Positions 1 through 10,062 of a DNA stretch of 64,000 nucleotides are shown piece after piece. The number at the start of each line of letters is the position of its first letter. The stretch's first letter is position 1. The position numbers were made by a program, and so were the translations under genes. Source of the DNA: Candidatus Thorarchaeota archaeon (GTDB lineage: Archaea > Asgardarchaeota > Thorarchaeia > Thorarchaeales > Thorarchaeaceae); the NCBI GenBank assembly GCA_011364985.1, contig RDOC01000002.1, positions 123,538 through 187,537 on the forward strand. The letters are read 5' to 3'. The notes under the pieces are model-generated. The model made no database searches. It was given only the letters and a program-made list of their open reading frames with translations, and had not been told where the DNA came from.

Positions 1-1
1 C

Positions 2-1126
2 TATGTCCTTGAAGCACTACTCTCAATAGATTGCAAAGCTGAGATACTCAAATTGGGTTTAACCCACCCAGTTCCTGATAAAACAATTGCAGATTTTCTT
101 AGACGGCATAGAAGGGTTGTTGTTGTCGAAGAGTTGGAACCTTTCTTAGAAACTCATGTTCGGCGCATTGCCCAGCTGAATAAGATCGAAGTCGAAATCA
201 TGGGGAAAGAACAGGGCTATTTTCCCCGGGTTTTTGAATATAGTCCACGCATAGTGATTGAAGGATTAACCAAGGCTATTAATTGTAATACACCTATTAA
301 CTGGCAGGAAATTGACGACCGCTTGAAGGACTTACCCACACTTCCACCCCGTCCACCTTTGTTATGTGCTGGTTGTCCACACAGGGCAAGCTACTATGCT
401 ATTCGTACAGCGACAAGAGGAAAAGCTATCTATCCTTCTGATATTGGCTGTTATACCCTAAGCATTGCGCCACCATTAGAAACAGCTGACATCCTCTTTG
501 ACATGGGTTCTTCTATAACAACAGCATGTGGAATTGCTAAGGTCACTAAACAGGATGTCATCGCTACTATCGGTGATAGTACATTCTTTGCTTCTGCTCT
601 TCCTGGAATTGCCAGTGCAGTCTACAACGAACATCCAATTAGCGTCGTTGTTCTCGACAATAGAACAACAGCCATGACAGGGCATCAACCCCACCCTGGT
701 ACAGGTGTCACAGGAATGCAAAAGCAAGTTACGCCTCTTGATATTTCTCAAGTATGCAAAGGTCTTGGTGTCAAATATGTGAAAGTCGTAAATCCTTTCG
801 ATTCTATAGCTGACCTAGTTGCTGAGGTTCGTAAGATGGTAAGCTGGGTTAGAAATAACAGCTTGCCTGCGGTACTTGTTTCAAAAGAACCTTGTGCGCT
901 TTTGACAGCAGCTGAACGTAGACGTACTGGTGATTTTGCGCCAAAATATTACGTAGATGAAAAGCTATGCAATGCCTGTAAGCGCTGTTTGAATAGATTG
1001 TCTTGTCCTGCCATGTACCAAGATCCTAAAACCGAAAAAGCAGTAATAGACGAGACTCTTTGCAATTTGTGTGGCACATGCATTGCAGTATGCCCTCAAG
1101 GTGCGATCAAACGAGAGGTGGAGTAA
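2..1126 (+). CDS. iorA: indolepyruvate:ferredoxin oxidoreductase alpha subunit (5' end cut by window edge)
   Basis: The frame is open from nt 2, upstream of the listed TTG at 53. It has TPP-enzyme-like motifs (GDSTFF, DNRTTAMTGHQ) and two C-terminal CxxCxxCxxxCP [4Fe-4S] clusters. The iorB-like gene follows immediately. Confidence 0.85.
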   Translation, partial: YVLEALLSIDCKAEILKLGLTHPVPDKTIADFLRRHRRVVVVEELEPFLETHVRRIAQLNKIEVEIMGKEQGYFPRVFEYSPRIVIEGLTKAINCNTPINWQEIDDRLKDLPTLPPRPPLLCAGCPHRASYYAIRTATRGKAIYPSDIGCYTLSIAPPLETADILFDMGSSITTACGIAKVTKQDVIATIGDSTFFASALPGIASAVYNEHPISVVVLDNRTTAMTGHQPHPGTGVTGMQKQVTPLDISQVCKGLGVKYVKVVNPFDSIADLVAEVRKMVSWVRNNSLPAVLVSKEPCALLTAAERRRTGDFAPKYYVDEKLCNACKRCLNRLSCPAMYQDPKTEKAVIDETLCNLCGTCIAVCPQGAIKREVE

Positions 1127-1744
1127 ATGACCTGTAATATCGATAATGCAGTCAATATTGTAATTTCGGGAGTTGGCGGCCAAGGTGTCCTTACTCTTGC
1201 TGAAATTTTGGCCAAGTCTGCATTATCACAGTCCTATAATGTGCGAGTCGGAGAAATTCATGGAATGGCTCAAAGAGGTGGTCATGTTGTTTGTACGGTC
1301 AGGATTGGAAAGAATGCATACGGACCAGTCGTTGATGCCGGTACTGCACAATTACTAATCGGTTTCGAACCTATTGAAACCCTTAGAGAAATACAGACTA
1401 TAGCAAAAGATGGTCATGTCTTAATGAATTCTCATATCTTATATCCGGTTGCTGTATCTATGGGTCAAGTAGAATATCCAAAGCATGAAGAAATAGTTAC
1501 CAATATTAAGAAATTCACAAATAATCTTGTTGAAATCGATGCAATGAAATTGGCCATTCAGGCTGGAAGTTCTCGTTCTCTTAATATGGTAATGTTTGGA
1601 GGGCTTATTGGAACCGGTATCATCCCAATATCGGAAGAAAGCGCTCTGAAGGAAATACGCAATGCATTTCCAAAGAAATTCGAGATAGTCAATACCACAG
1701 CATTCCAACTTGGTTTACAAGCAGTGCAATCCGTATCCCAATGA
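1127..1744 (+). CDS. iorB: indolepyruvate:ferredoxin oxidoreductase beta subunit
   Basis: It starts 1 nt after the iorA stop. The N-terminal ISGVGGQGV glycine motif and about 200-aa size are typical of the small subunit of 2-oxoacid:ferredoxin oxidoreductases. Confidence 0.8.
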   Translation: MTCNIDNAVNIVISGVGGQGVLTLAEILAKSALSQSYNVRVGEIHGMAQRGGHVVCTVRIGKNAYGPVVDAGTAQLLIGFEPIETLREIQTIAKDGHVLMNSHILYPVAVSMGQVEYPKHEEIVTNIKKFTNNLVEIDAMKLAIQAGSSRSLNMVMFGGLIGTGIIPISEESALKEIRNAFPKKFEIVNTTAFQLGLQAVQSVSQ

Positions 1745-1767
1745 TTTGTATTACTAGTATCACAACA

Positions 1768-4113
1768 CTAGTTCATAGATGCAACTAATACTTGACCGAG
1801 CGAAACACCACCATCCCCAGGTGGTACATTTCTGTGAAGGAGTAGCTTTAGATTTCTATTACTTACATACCTTGCGATTGATTGACTGATAATGCGATTC
1901 AAGGCAACACCCCCAGAAAAAGCTACAAATTCAACATGATTCTTCTCGGCATTATCGCACGCAATCTTTGCCAAAGAATGACCCAAATGCCATTGCGCCG
2001 AAAATGCCAATTTATCGCAATGAATTCCTTCTTTCTTGTATTTCAATATCTGCTTTAGTGATTCAGTTGTATCTAATTCCACGATTCCCTCTGACTCAAG
2101 AAACATTGCCTTTATTTTGGGTCCGGATCTTGCTGCTATTGATTCAAGTTTCATAGGACATTCTCCATCATAAGAGTTTTCATAACATACGTCTAAAGCC
2201 ACAGATAGTGCGTCGAGAAAGCGACCAGTACTCGTACTCTCTATATTATTCAAGTTACGCAACCATGCATCCTTCAAAATTCTGTAGGTTTCTTCATTGA
2301 GAGAAACATTCGCTGCTATTCTTTTTCCATAAGCCATCCCCAATACTTCATCCATCTCCAATTCTTCACCCATAATTCCTAGTAAAGCCCGAACAGCAAA
2401 CCTTGCGGAAAGGTCTCCACCTGGATATAATACTGGTTTCAGCCCTCCAACTCGCTCATAGGTTTGTGCGTTCCCATAGAGAACATCTCCTCCCCATCCG
2501 GTACCATCTGGACCGTAACCATAGCCATCTGCTGTAATACAAGTAATATTTGTATCAGCAGCAAGACCGTTATCTGCTAGGATCGATGCCAAGTGGGCAT
2601 GATGGTGCTGTACGCGAATTAAGGGAACATCTCTATCACGAGCTAGTCTTTCGGCGAATTCTGTCGTCAGGAATTCGGGATGAAGATCACAGGCAATCTT
2701 ATCTAAACTTTGTACATCTAGCAGATGCATCATATGATTAATACTATTTTCAAGAAAATGAACATTCTCTAGTTGATCAATATCGCCTATATGCTGTGTT
2801 ACATATGCCCTGCCAGCTTTTACAATTGCAGCTGTCACCTTTTCTTCTGGGCCCACACCCATAATTATTAGCGACGAAGAAATTCCTTCTAATGGGATTG
2901 GGTCTGGAACATATCCTCTTGCACGTCGAATGAAAACAGGAGTCTGTTGAGTCACAAATTTAATTACAGAATCATCAACTCTCTGGTAAATCCTCCTATT
3001 ATGTATTAAGAAATAATCTGCAACATCATTCAACTCAGATATTATAGTTTTGGAATCAATATACATTGGCACACCAGTTGGATTGGCACTTGTCATTACT
3101 AGAGCCGGCTCTTTAAGCAAGTCAAAAAGTAAGTGATGTACTGGGGCATAGGGCAACATGACTCCCACAGTATCCAGACTGGGAGATATCACATCTAGCG
3201 ATCCCTGTGGTATTACAGTTGATATATTTTCAATATGGTTGTACTTTCTCACAAGCACTACCGGTCTTCGCCAAGACTGAAGAAGATCGATTTCTTCCCT
3301 TGTTGGACTGAGCATCTCTCTTAGAGTACGAATGTTTCGAACCATAATAGCAAAAGGACGTTCTAATCGACCTTTTCTTTTTCTAAGCAATTCAATTGGA
3401 GATACATCTGTTGTCTTTGTAACCAGATGAGTTCCACCAATGCCCTGCAATGCAATAATCGCTCCCTCCGAAATCAGCTTTGCTGCAAGGACAATAGCAT
3501 TTCTCTTCCTACTTCCATTACGCTCCGAATCAACCAACTGATAAAGGGGCCCACATTTCTCACATGCAGTTGTTTGAGCATGATACCGACGGTCTAGAGG
3601 ATTCGTATAACCTGTATTACAATCATTACAAAGGGGAAAATCGATCATAGTTGTATTTTGGCGATCATAAGGCAATGATGTGATTGTCGAATACCTTGGT
3701 CCACACGCGGCACATGATGTGAAAGGATATCCATACCATCGGGAGCTCGAATCTCTCATGTCAGAGATACATGACTTGCATATCGCAATATCAGGAGGAA
3801 TATCCGGAGCAACTTCTTTGCCCTTTTTTATGGATGATTTTTCGATGAAGAATCTGTCAAACATCCCTGTGACATCTTTCCATTCTACGATAACTGAATC
3901 GACTCGAGATATTGATGGTGGTTTCGTCTTTATTTTGTCAATTAACTGGAGAATTAATGGTTTCTCGCCTTCCACAACAATTCTAACTCCGGCATCACCT
4001 AGATTCAGAACATACCCAGTCAGTGCGAAACTTGTAGCCAAGCGATAGACAAATGGCCTAAATCCAACACCTTGTACAATCCCCTTGACATGTATTACAG
4101 CTTGGTGAGTCAC
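1768..4113 (-). CDS. hypF: [NiFe]-hydrogenase maturation carbamoyltransferase HypF
   Basis: 781 aa. It has an acylphosphatase-like N-terminus (VKGIVQGVGFRPFVY), two paired CxxC zinc-finger motifs, then YrdC-like and Kae1-like halves. This is the canonical HypF architecture. Confidence 0.9.
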   Translation of the reverse strand: MTHQAVIHVKGIVQGVGFRPFVYRLATSFALTGYVLNLGDAGVRIVVEGEKPLILQLIDKIKTKPPSISRVDSVIVEWKDVTGMFDRFFIEKSSIKKGKEVAPDIPPDIAICKSCISDMRDSSSRWYGYPFTSCAACGPRYSTITSLPYDRQNTTMIDFPLCNDCNTGYTNPLDRRYHAQTTACEKCGPLYQLVDSERNGSRKRNAIVLAAKLISEGAIIALQGIGGTHLVTKTTDVSPIELLRKRKGRLERPFAIMVRNIRTLREMLSPTREEIDLLQSWRRPVVLVRKYNHIENISTVIPQGSLDVISPSLDTVGVMLPYAPVHHLLFDLLKEPALVMTSANPTGVPMYIDSKTIISELNDVADYFLIHNRRIYQRVDDSVIKFVTQQTPVFIRRARGYVPDPIPLEGISSSLIIMGVGPEEKVTAAIVKAGRAYVTQHIGDIDQLENVHFLENSINHMMHLLDVQSLDKIACDLHPEFLTTEFAERLARDRDVPLIRVQHHHAHLASILADNGLAADTNITCITADGYGYGPDGTGWGGDVLYGNAQTYERVGGLKPVLYPGGDLSARFAVRALLGIMGEELEMDEVLGMAYGKRIAANVSLNEETYRILKDAWLRNLNNIESTSTGRFLDALSVALDVCYENSYDGECPMKLESIAARSGPKIKAMFLESEGIVELDTTESLKQILKYKKEGIHCDKLAFSAQWHLGHSLAKIACDNAEKNHVEFVAFSGGVALNRIISQSIARYVSNRNLKLLLHRNVPPGDGGVSLGQVLVASMN

Positions 4114-4314
4114 TTACCAAGACCTCAATTAGGTTTCACATCTCTCCAGATATTAATACAATGAAGTGACAACAATTCTATTGTTCAATAGAAATACAAT
4201 ATAGAAACAAATTCAGGTTTCGATATACTTATCCTCAATGGAACACGTATATTACATTGGACAAGATCTCATAGGGTCTCTTAAGGGTATATTTGTACTA
4301 GTTTATGATGAACC

Positions 4315-4731
4315 TTGCGGACAACACACGACGATTCAAGAACCATTGTATTCGAACCTGAAACGACACCTTCCATTCTTGCCACAATCCCAGACTGCTT
4401 AAGAGTCATTCTTCAAGAGATGTCAGAAAGCACAAAAAGAAAAGGCAAATCTATTCTGATTTCCAGCAACAGCTTGGCAAACAAATTCATTATGGAACGT
4501 TGGAAAATCCGCCCTTCACAAAGAAAACGATACCGAAATCTATTCGCCGAAATACGAAAACGGTCTCGTGCAATTTTCCAACATTATTTAGCACGCAGTA
4601 AAATAGAATGGAAAACAAAAGACGCTAACTATGTTTTTGGCATCTTCAAGTTCGATGAGATTAGGGGCAATCTAATTCTTGGTTTTGTTCCAATATCAAA
4701 CGAATCTGAATGGACCTTGCCTGTTAAATAG
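4315..4731 (+). CDS. hypothetical protein (138 aa, basic)
   Basis: ORF with a TTG start and a Lys/Arg-rich middle. No recognisable motif. It lies in an intergenic-motif-rich patch. Confidence 0.4.
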   Translation: MRTTHDDSRTIVFEPETTPSILATIPDCLRVILQEMSESTKRKGKSILISSNSLANKFIMERWKIRPSQRKRYRNLFAEIRKRSRAIFQHYLARSKIEWKTKDANYVFGIFKFDEIRGNLILGFVPISNESEWTLPVK

Positions 4732-4908
4732 GTCTCCTATATTAGTTGTAATACAATTACTTATCGGACACAATCTTAAATATCGTGTATACAATTTTGT
4801 ATCCATCTGAGGTCTTTCAATTAGACTAAGAAAAGAGACGCTTATAATCCTCTATTCATTGATTAAAGGAATATGAGGTTCGAAAGCTTGACAGTAGAGG
4901 AGTAATTC

Positions 4909-5478
4909 ATGACCGAAGAAGATTCGTTAAGAGAAACAAGAATGCCTTCGTTAAGGATAATGGCAAAAAACACAAGGGATGTTATGAAGGAACCAATACT
5001 ACAAAGTATTCTGGAAAAATCAATACTCACAAAAACACAACTTGAAACACTCCTTATAGACCTTGTAATTGAAGATGAATTTGAGAACCACATCTCGTAC
5101 AAAGAGAAAGCTTCCTTACGATCGAAGGCTGCGAGTAGATCGAGAGGTGTTTCACGAGGCGCATTCAATAGAACCCTTAATCAAGCACGCAAGAATATCA
5201 CTCGATGTTTTTATACAATGCTTCTCTTAGCCTATCTTGGATTATTTGAATTTACATTCTTTTCTCCTTTTGAAGAACTTGCCACCCGAATAGAAGGATA
5301 TCGCCGAATTCGTGATACATTAGCAGGGAAGACAGATTTATCATCTGAGGAAATTGAAAGCTATCAATCAGCCGAACGTACCATTCTTTCAGCACTCGAC
5401 TCATTGTCTACATCTCTTTCCTTGAAATCTAGACTCTCCCGACGCAAGACTGGCTCTGAAATCGAATCAGAAAGGTAA
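4909..5478 (+). CDS. hypothetical protein with possible helix-turn-helix
   Basis: 189 aa. The segment GVSRGAFNRTLNQARKNI resembles a sigma-70 region 4 / LuxR-type HTH. It is followed by a hydrophobic helix and a Ser-rich tail. Confidence 0.5.
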   Translation: MTEEDSLRETRMPSLRIMAKNTRDVMKEPILQSILEKSILTKTQLETLLIDLVIEDEFENHISYKEKASLRSKAASRSRGVSRGAFNRTLNQARKNITRCFYTMLLLAYLGLFEFTFFSPFEELATRIEGYRRIRDTLAGKTDLSSEEIESYQSAERTILSALDSLSTSLSLKSRLSRRKTGSEIESER

Positions 5479-5840
5479 AGGAAAAAATAACGGCACGAGT
5501 GTATCATGCAGATGATTTGCCGCAAGACTCTTTCAGCACATCGCTCTTGCCGGCGTGGATCTTCTTGAGGTTTGTATGCTTGAGGAGATAGAGATACCAA
5601 CGACGGATGACCGAGGATGCTACTGTAATCAGATTAAGCGGCACTGGCCTACTGTCATCAGCACAATACACTCATACTAATTATGAACAAACTTCTACAT
5701 AGTTCTAATCTTAGAACGGGACTCCAGTGATACAAATCTCGTGCGAACTATTATGTAATACAAATAATACATCAAATGATTGGACCAGTAAGTCTTATTC
5801 GCCAAAAAAATGAGAGTGAAAATGATTGTGAAGACCAGCT

Positions 5841-7088
5841 GTGATGAGAATGACAGGTGACACGAATTCCAAATTGTTTCTAAAAGCTACAAAAGACCGG
5901 ATAATGACCACAGAAAGGGACAAACTGGTTTCAGAAGTAACACAAGCAATTGGAGAAAGAAGATGTAGAGATTTGCTTGACCTAATAGCCGGCATAGAAA
6001 AGACGAAAGACTGGAAAACAGCAGTGTCAATTCTTATGGACGCATCAGATCGAAGCTACAAAACACCGTTTACAATTCAAAACAAGAATAAGAAAATTGA
6101 GTCATTGAAATACAGAGAGGTTATATTCGAATTATTGTCTTGTCCAGGGTTAGAACCAATTCCAGAAACTACAATAAGTCTTCTGCAAAATGTTGAAAGC
6201 AAGAAGTCTTTTGCACAAGCCTCAACTATGTTTGAAGAATATGCATTAAACCAAGCTATTGAAGAAATAAGAAACCGCAATACTCTCTTCTTTGAACTTC
6301 CACATAATCATCCATTATATGAAAAACATAGATCGTTACTGGAGGAGAGAAGGAAGGAAGAGCTAGAATGCCTTCGGTTGAGTAACGTGGAGGGGAAAAT
6401 CAACATAGATCAATTATGGGCGACCAGTTATGGAAGAAGGGCACTTTCCGAGCTAGGTATCACTGGTTTCCAAATTGATTATAGTGATATCGAAGTTGTA
6501 TTATCTGTATTACAAATCCCACAATCTGTAAAAGAACAGCTTAAGGCAGGAATAAAGAAAGCAAGAACGGTCCAATCAACGAACGTAGGGGAGCGAATCT
6601 CAAATCCTGATTATTCCCAGCTACTCAAATCCTTGATTGAACAAGACACTCAGATCATAAGGCTGCAAGGAAGCAGACATGCAGTACCTACTCTTAACGC
6701 ACTTCTCTTTGAAGCACTGAGCCAATATCGGTCTTCCCAATCAAGTGACAAATACCGACAAATCGTTCATTGCCTATCCGATCTTACTCTAATACGTTCC
6801 CCTGATTCTTTCACTACTTATGAAATTCTCACTAATCTACGTGATTTGAGAATAACCACTCTGGCTATATCAGCACTAGGGAATTACTACCATGATTCGG
6901 CAACAGCTATACTTATTGATTTGCTCTGTGCAACTAGAATGAAATGGATTATACAGGCTTCACTCGAAGCGCTAAGCAATCAAATAAAAAAACATCCTCA
7001 AGCGAAATATTCCATCAAAGCAGCAATTGACTCGGGTTGCAAAAACGCTGGTGATCTGGAACATCTAATTAAGCAATATGGCAAATGA
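5841..7088 (+). CDS. hypothetical alpha-helical repeat (HEAT/ARM-like) protein
   Basis: 415 aa and all-helical by composition. The C-terminal part (ALGNYYHDSATAILIDLL...ASLEALSN) looks like HEAT-type repeats. Confidence 0.5.
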   Translation: MMRMTGDTNSKLFLKATKDRIMTTERDKLVSEVTQAIGERRCRDLLDLIAGIEKTKDWKTAVSILMDASDRSYKTPFTIQNKNKKIESLKYREVIFELLSCPGLEPIPETTISLLQNVESKKSFAQASTMFEEYALNQAIEEIRNRNTLFFELPHNHPLYEKHRSLLEERRKEELECLRLSNVEGKINIDQLWATSYGRRALSELGITGFQIDYSDIEVVLSVLQIPQSVKEQLKAGIKKARTVQSTNVGERISNPDYSQLLKSLIEQDTQIIRLQGSRHAVPTLNALLFEALSQYRSSQSSDKYRQIVHCLSDLTLIRSPDSFTTYEILTNLRDLRITTLAISALGNYYHDSATAILIDLLCATRMKWIIQASLEALSNQIKKHPQAKYSIKAAIDSGCKNAGDLEHLIKQYGK

Positions 7089-7100
7089 ATAATAGCTACA

Positions 7101-8561
7101 ATGCTCGCAATGCAATCCTCGACAAACATAAATCTACAAGAAGTTCGGCTCAAAGCTATGACCAGTTCAGAAACATCTAATCTGTCAGAGATAGACCCCT
7201 TTTTCAATCCACAATCTGTTGCACTAATTGGAGCTTCATCAGACTATCGTAAACTAGGAAATTCGATTTTGATGAATCTTCTTGCATCAGAGATTGATGT
7301 ATTTCCTGTAACACGAAACAGAGAAAGCATTTTGGGCGTCCGTGCTTATGGGTCTCTTAAAGAGATACCAAAACCAGTAGATTTGGTCATTGTTGCAGTT
7401 GCAGCTAAGTACTGTACAGATCTCATGACGCAAATCAGGAAAGCTGGTGCGAAAAACGCAGTCATTATCTCAGGAGGTTTCAGTGAAGTTGGAACTGAAG
7501 GTGCAGCTATGGAAGAAGAGCTGGTCAAAGCAGCAAAGACGGCTGGTGTGCGCATAATTGGTCCAAATTGTGTAGGTGTTTCCAATAGTAAGGTGTTTAA
7601 TGGTACATTTACAATGATGCCAGAACGCGGGAACATTGCCTTAGTATCTCAGAGTGGTGCTCTTGGTGGCATGCTAATCTATACTACAAGAGCAAAGCGT
7701 ATTGGAATTAGCAAGTTCGCAAGTATTGGAAATGCAGCAGATGTAAGCTTCGTTGAGATTCTAGACTATTTCAAAGACGATCCGAAAAGCAGTGTTATTG
7801 CAGTCTATGTAGAGGGCTTAGAAGATGGCCGCAATCTTTTCAATTCTTTCAAGGCTGCAGCTTCGCAGAAACCCGTAGTAATATTAAAGGGTGGTCGGAG
7901 CGAGGCCGGAAACAGGGCAACGAAATCTCATACCGGTTCTCTTGCCGGTTCCAGTCATATCTTTGAAGGAGTAATCAAACAAGCAGGTTGTGTTTTGGCA
8001 CCAACTCTTGATTCACTACTAGAAATATGCAAGCTCTTTGACTTTCAACCTCTGCCTCAAGGTTCTAATATTGGTATCATAAGTAATACAGGTGGAGCAG
8101 CTGTATTAGCAGCAGATGCTGCTTCAAATCTAGGCCTTAACATCCCACTCCTTTCAAGTGAAACAAGGCATGAATTGCGGCAGGCATTGTCTCCAATGGC
8201 AGCAATTGACAACCCTGTTGACGTTGTAGCAAGTGGTGGTAGAAGAGAGTATCGACTCACTACAGAGTACATGCTAAAAGATTCAAACATAGACATGCTC
8301 CTTGTTATTTGCGGTGTGCCCACATTTGCTGGAATGACACAGACGGAACATGCAGCTGGTACGTTGGAAGGAGTAAGAACAGCAGATACTAGAAAACCTG
8401 TTGTTGGAGTATGGCTAGCTGGCGATGTTGGTAAACCTGGAAAGGACTTGCTTGAAATGAATCAAATTCCCTGCTATGATGATCCTACTATGGCTGCTCT
8501 TTGCATGGCACATATCACGGAATACTCTCAAATGCATTTCAATAAGCAGAAGAAAGATTGA
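7101..8561 (+). CDS. acdA: ADP-forming acetyl-CoA synthetase alpha subunit / CoA-binding succinyl-CoA-ligase-like protein
   Basis: CoA-binding Rossmann start (SVALIGAS), IGPNCVG motif and phosphohistidine loop KSHTGSLAG. The true start may be an internal Met. Confidence 0.8.
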   Translation: MLAMQSSTNINLQEVRLKAMTSSETSNLSEIDPFFNPQSVALIGASSDYRKLGNSILMNLLASEIDVFPVTRNRESILGVRAYGSLKEIPKPVDLVIVAVAAKYCTDLMTQIRKAGAKNAVIISGGFSEVGTEGAAMEEELVKAAKTAGVRIIGPNCVGVSNSKVFNGTFTMMPERGNIALVSQSGALGGMLIYTTRAKRIGISKFASIGNAADVSFVEILDYFKDDPKSSVIAVYVEGLEDGRNLFNSFKAAASQKPVVILKGGRSEAGNRATKSHTGSLAGSSHIFEGVIKQAGCVLAPTLDSLLEICKLFDFQPLPQGSNIGIISNTGGAAVLAADAASNLGLNIPLLSSETRHELRQALSPMAAIDNPVDVVASGGRREYRLTTEYMLKDSNIDMLLVICGVPTFAGMTQTEHAAGTLEGVRTADTRKPVVGVWLAGDVGKPGKDLLEMNQIPCYDDPTMAALCMAHITEYSQMHFNKQKKD

Positions 8562-8564
8562 TCC

Positions 8565-8867
8565 TTACAAGCTAAGATACTCATCTGCTATATCAGGAAA
8601 TTCCTTTGCTACCGCATCTCTTAGCTTACGTTCAACCCACATACTTAGGTTAATAGCTCTTTCGTTTCTTACAGCCTGCAAACATGACCGTAAATCCGCT
8701 GCAATGGAGAAAGATACTATTGGGCTCTTTCTCTCTTTGTTGGGAACTGAAACTACAGCTTCTGCTGGAGTTTGTTTTCCTAGACTTATTTCAACAGAAG
8801 ACTTAGTCGCATCTTCATCATCCGATTTTCTCTCTTCTTCTTTGCGATATTTTCCTAAGAGACTCAA
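8565..8867 (-). CDS. ribbon-helix-helix (CopG/Arc/MetJ-like) DNA-binding protein
   Basis: The C-terminal 45 aa (VSFSIAADLRSCLQAVRNERAINLSMWVERKLRDAV) fit the beta-strand/helix/helix RHH pattern, and the N-terminus is charged and disordered. It starts 2 nt after the stop of the upstream AAA+ gene. Confidence 0.6.
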   Translation of the reverse strand: MSLLGKYRKEEERKSDDEDATKSSVEISLGKQTPAEAVVSVPNKERKSPIVSFSIAADLRSCLQAVRNERAINLSMWVERKLRDAVAKEFPDIADEYLSL

Positions 8868-8869
8868 TA

Positions 8870-9865
8870 CTAGCGCACCTCTCTAAGTATTGTAGCATAA
8901 GCTTCCGCTACCAGTTTGGCAATATCCTTAGTCACCTCTGGATTACCAGATCGCCTTAGATTCTCCGCAGCCACCTGTTGACATCCTCGCGCCAACATTC
9001 GAATATCTCTCGGATTTCCCTTAGCTGCATCATTAATCACCTTAACAGCTTCATCGGTAAAGGGCGAAATGTCAGTGTTGTTTGGATTGAAGCTATCAAT
9101 ATCACCCTGAGCATAGGCAATTCTTCTTCCGATAAACTCCTTAGCTTTCATATCATCAAGAGCTGGGACATCAAGTGGTTCTGTTCTATCAGCAATCTGT
9201 GGCAAGAAACTAAGCATTGCATTCCAATATACATTGGTACCCGACATTATCAATGTAATAATCGGCTCATCTAAGACTTCAGGATATTCATCCTTCATTT
9301 CCTGAGTTGGTAAATCAGCCAAATATCTGAGCTTGTGAAAAGCTGCCTCTTGATTATCAGCCACGTCTTCTACAAATAACGCGGTACGTGATTTTTCTTC
9401 GATGTATCTTCTAACACATTCCTTAGCTACTGCCTCAATAATCTGACTTGATTCCCATGACCTTCTATATTTTACTCTCAATGAATCAGCAATAGCTGCG
9501 GACATCTGCTTTTCATAGAGACCAGTCATCCCGACATAGCCAGTCACAAACTTGTTACCTTTCCGATCAGCCAAAGTAGGAAGGTCTCTCAAAGCTAAAA
9601 GCATCAGTGTGCTTTTTCCTGATCCTACAGGTCCTCTAAGGAATATATGTCGTTCATTTGTAATTATCAAGTCAACTATACTATCGAGGAAATCCGGATG
9701 TTCTACATATAATCTAGAATCCGGCATCTTGAATCCACGAAACGGGGAGAATCGTGCACCAATCTTTTCTTCCCATGCTCGCAAAACCTCCTTGCGAGTA
9801 TTGAAATGACGAATCAATGCACTCTCATGTATCGCGATTGTCATATTGGCGACCTCATGTATCAC
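8870..9865 (-). CDS. Orc1/Cdc6-like AAA+ ATPase lacking a C-terminal winged-helix domain
   Basis: Walker A GPVGSGKST, Walker B ALFVEDV, and a sensor-2-like GNPRDIRMLARGCQQVAAE resembling the GDAR..L motif of Cdc6/Orc1. The protein ends right after the lid domain. The listed start is GTG, with an alternative ATG at about 9844. Confidence 0.65.
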   Translation of the reverse strand: MIHEVANMTIAIHESALIRHFNTRKEVLRAWEEKIGARFSPFRGFKMPDSRLYVEHPDFLDSIVDLIITNERHIFLRGPVGSGKSTLMLLALRDLPTLADRKGNKFVTGYVGMTGLYEKQMSAAIADSLRVKYRRSWESSQIIEAVAKECVRRYIEEKSRTALFVEDVADNQEAAFHKLRYLADLPTQEMKDEYPEVLDEPIITLIMSGTNVYWNAMLSFLPQIADRTEPLDVPALDDMKAKEFIGRRIAYAQGDIDSFNPNNTDISPFTDEAVKVINDAAKGNPRDIRMLARGCQQVAAENLRRSGNPEVTKDIAKLVAEAYATILREVR

Positions 9866-9866
9866 A

Positions 9867-9893
9867 TGTACTTATTGTAATACAATAAGTACA
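9867..9893. promoter_or_regulatory. perfect 27-nt palindrome (13+1+13), putative operator
   Basis: I verified tgtacttattgtaATACAATAAGTACA base by base as a perfect inverted repeat. It lies 1 nt upstream of the GTG start, or about 23-49 nt upstream of the alternative ATG, of the AAA+ gene. Confidence 0.7.
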
Positions 9894-10062
9894 GGTTTGT
9901 ATTAGTTATAAGTTGCGCGGTTATTATGTTCAATTGCAATTCATCAAAAACAAAGTTTTCAAATCGTGACCACAAGACACAACCTTTTTGAACAGATTTC
10001 ATTGACTTCATCCTGAATCAAATCTGACGTATACAAACTGGAATCCTAGGAGAAGACCGTTT

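Noticed and set aside
9866-10062. A replication origin next to the Orc1/Cdc6-like gene.
   Set aside because: There is only one palindrome. I saw no set of repeated ORB-like boxes flanking an AT-rich unwinding element. The ATPase also lacks the winged-helix domain of bona fide initiators.
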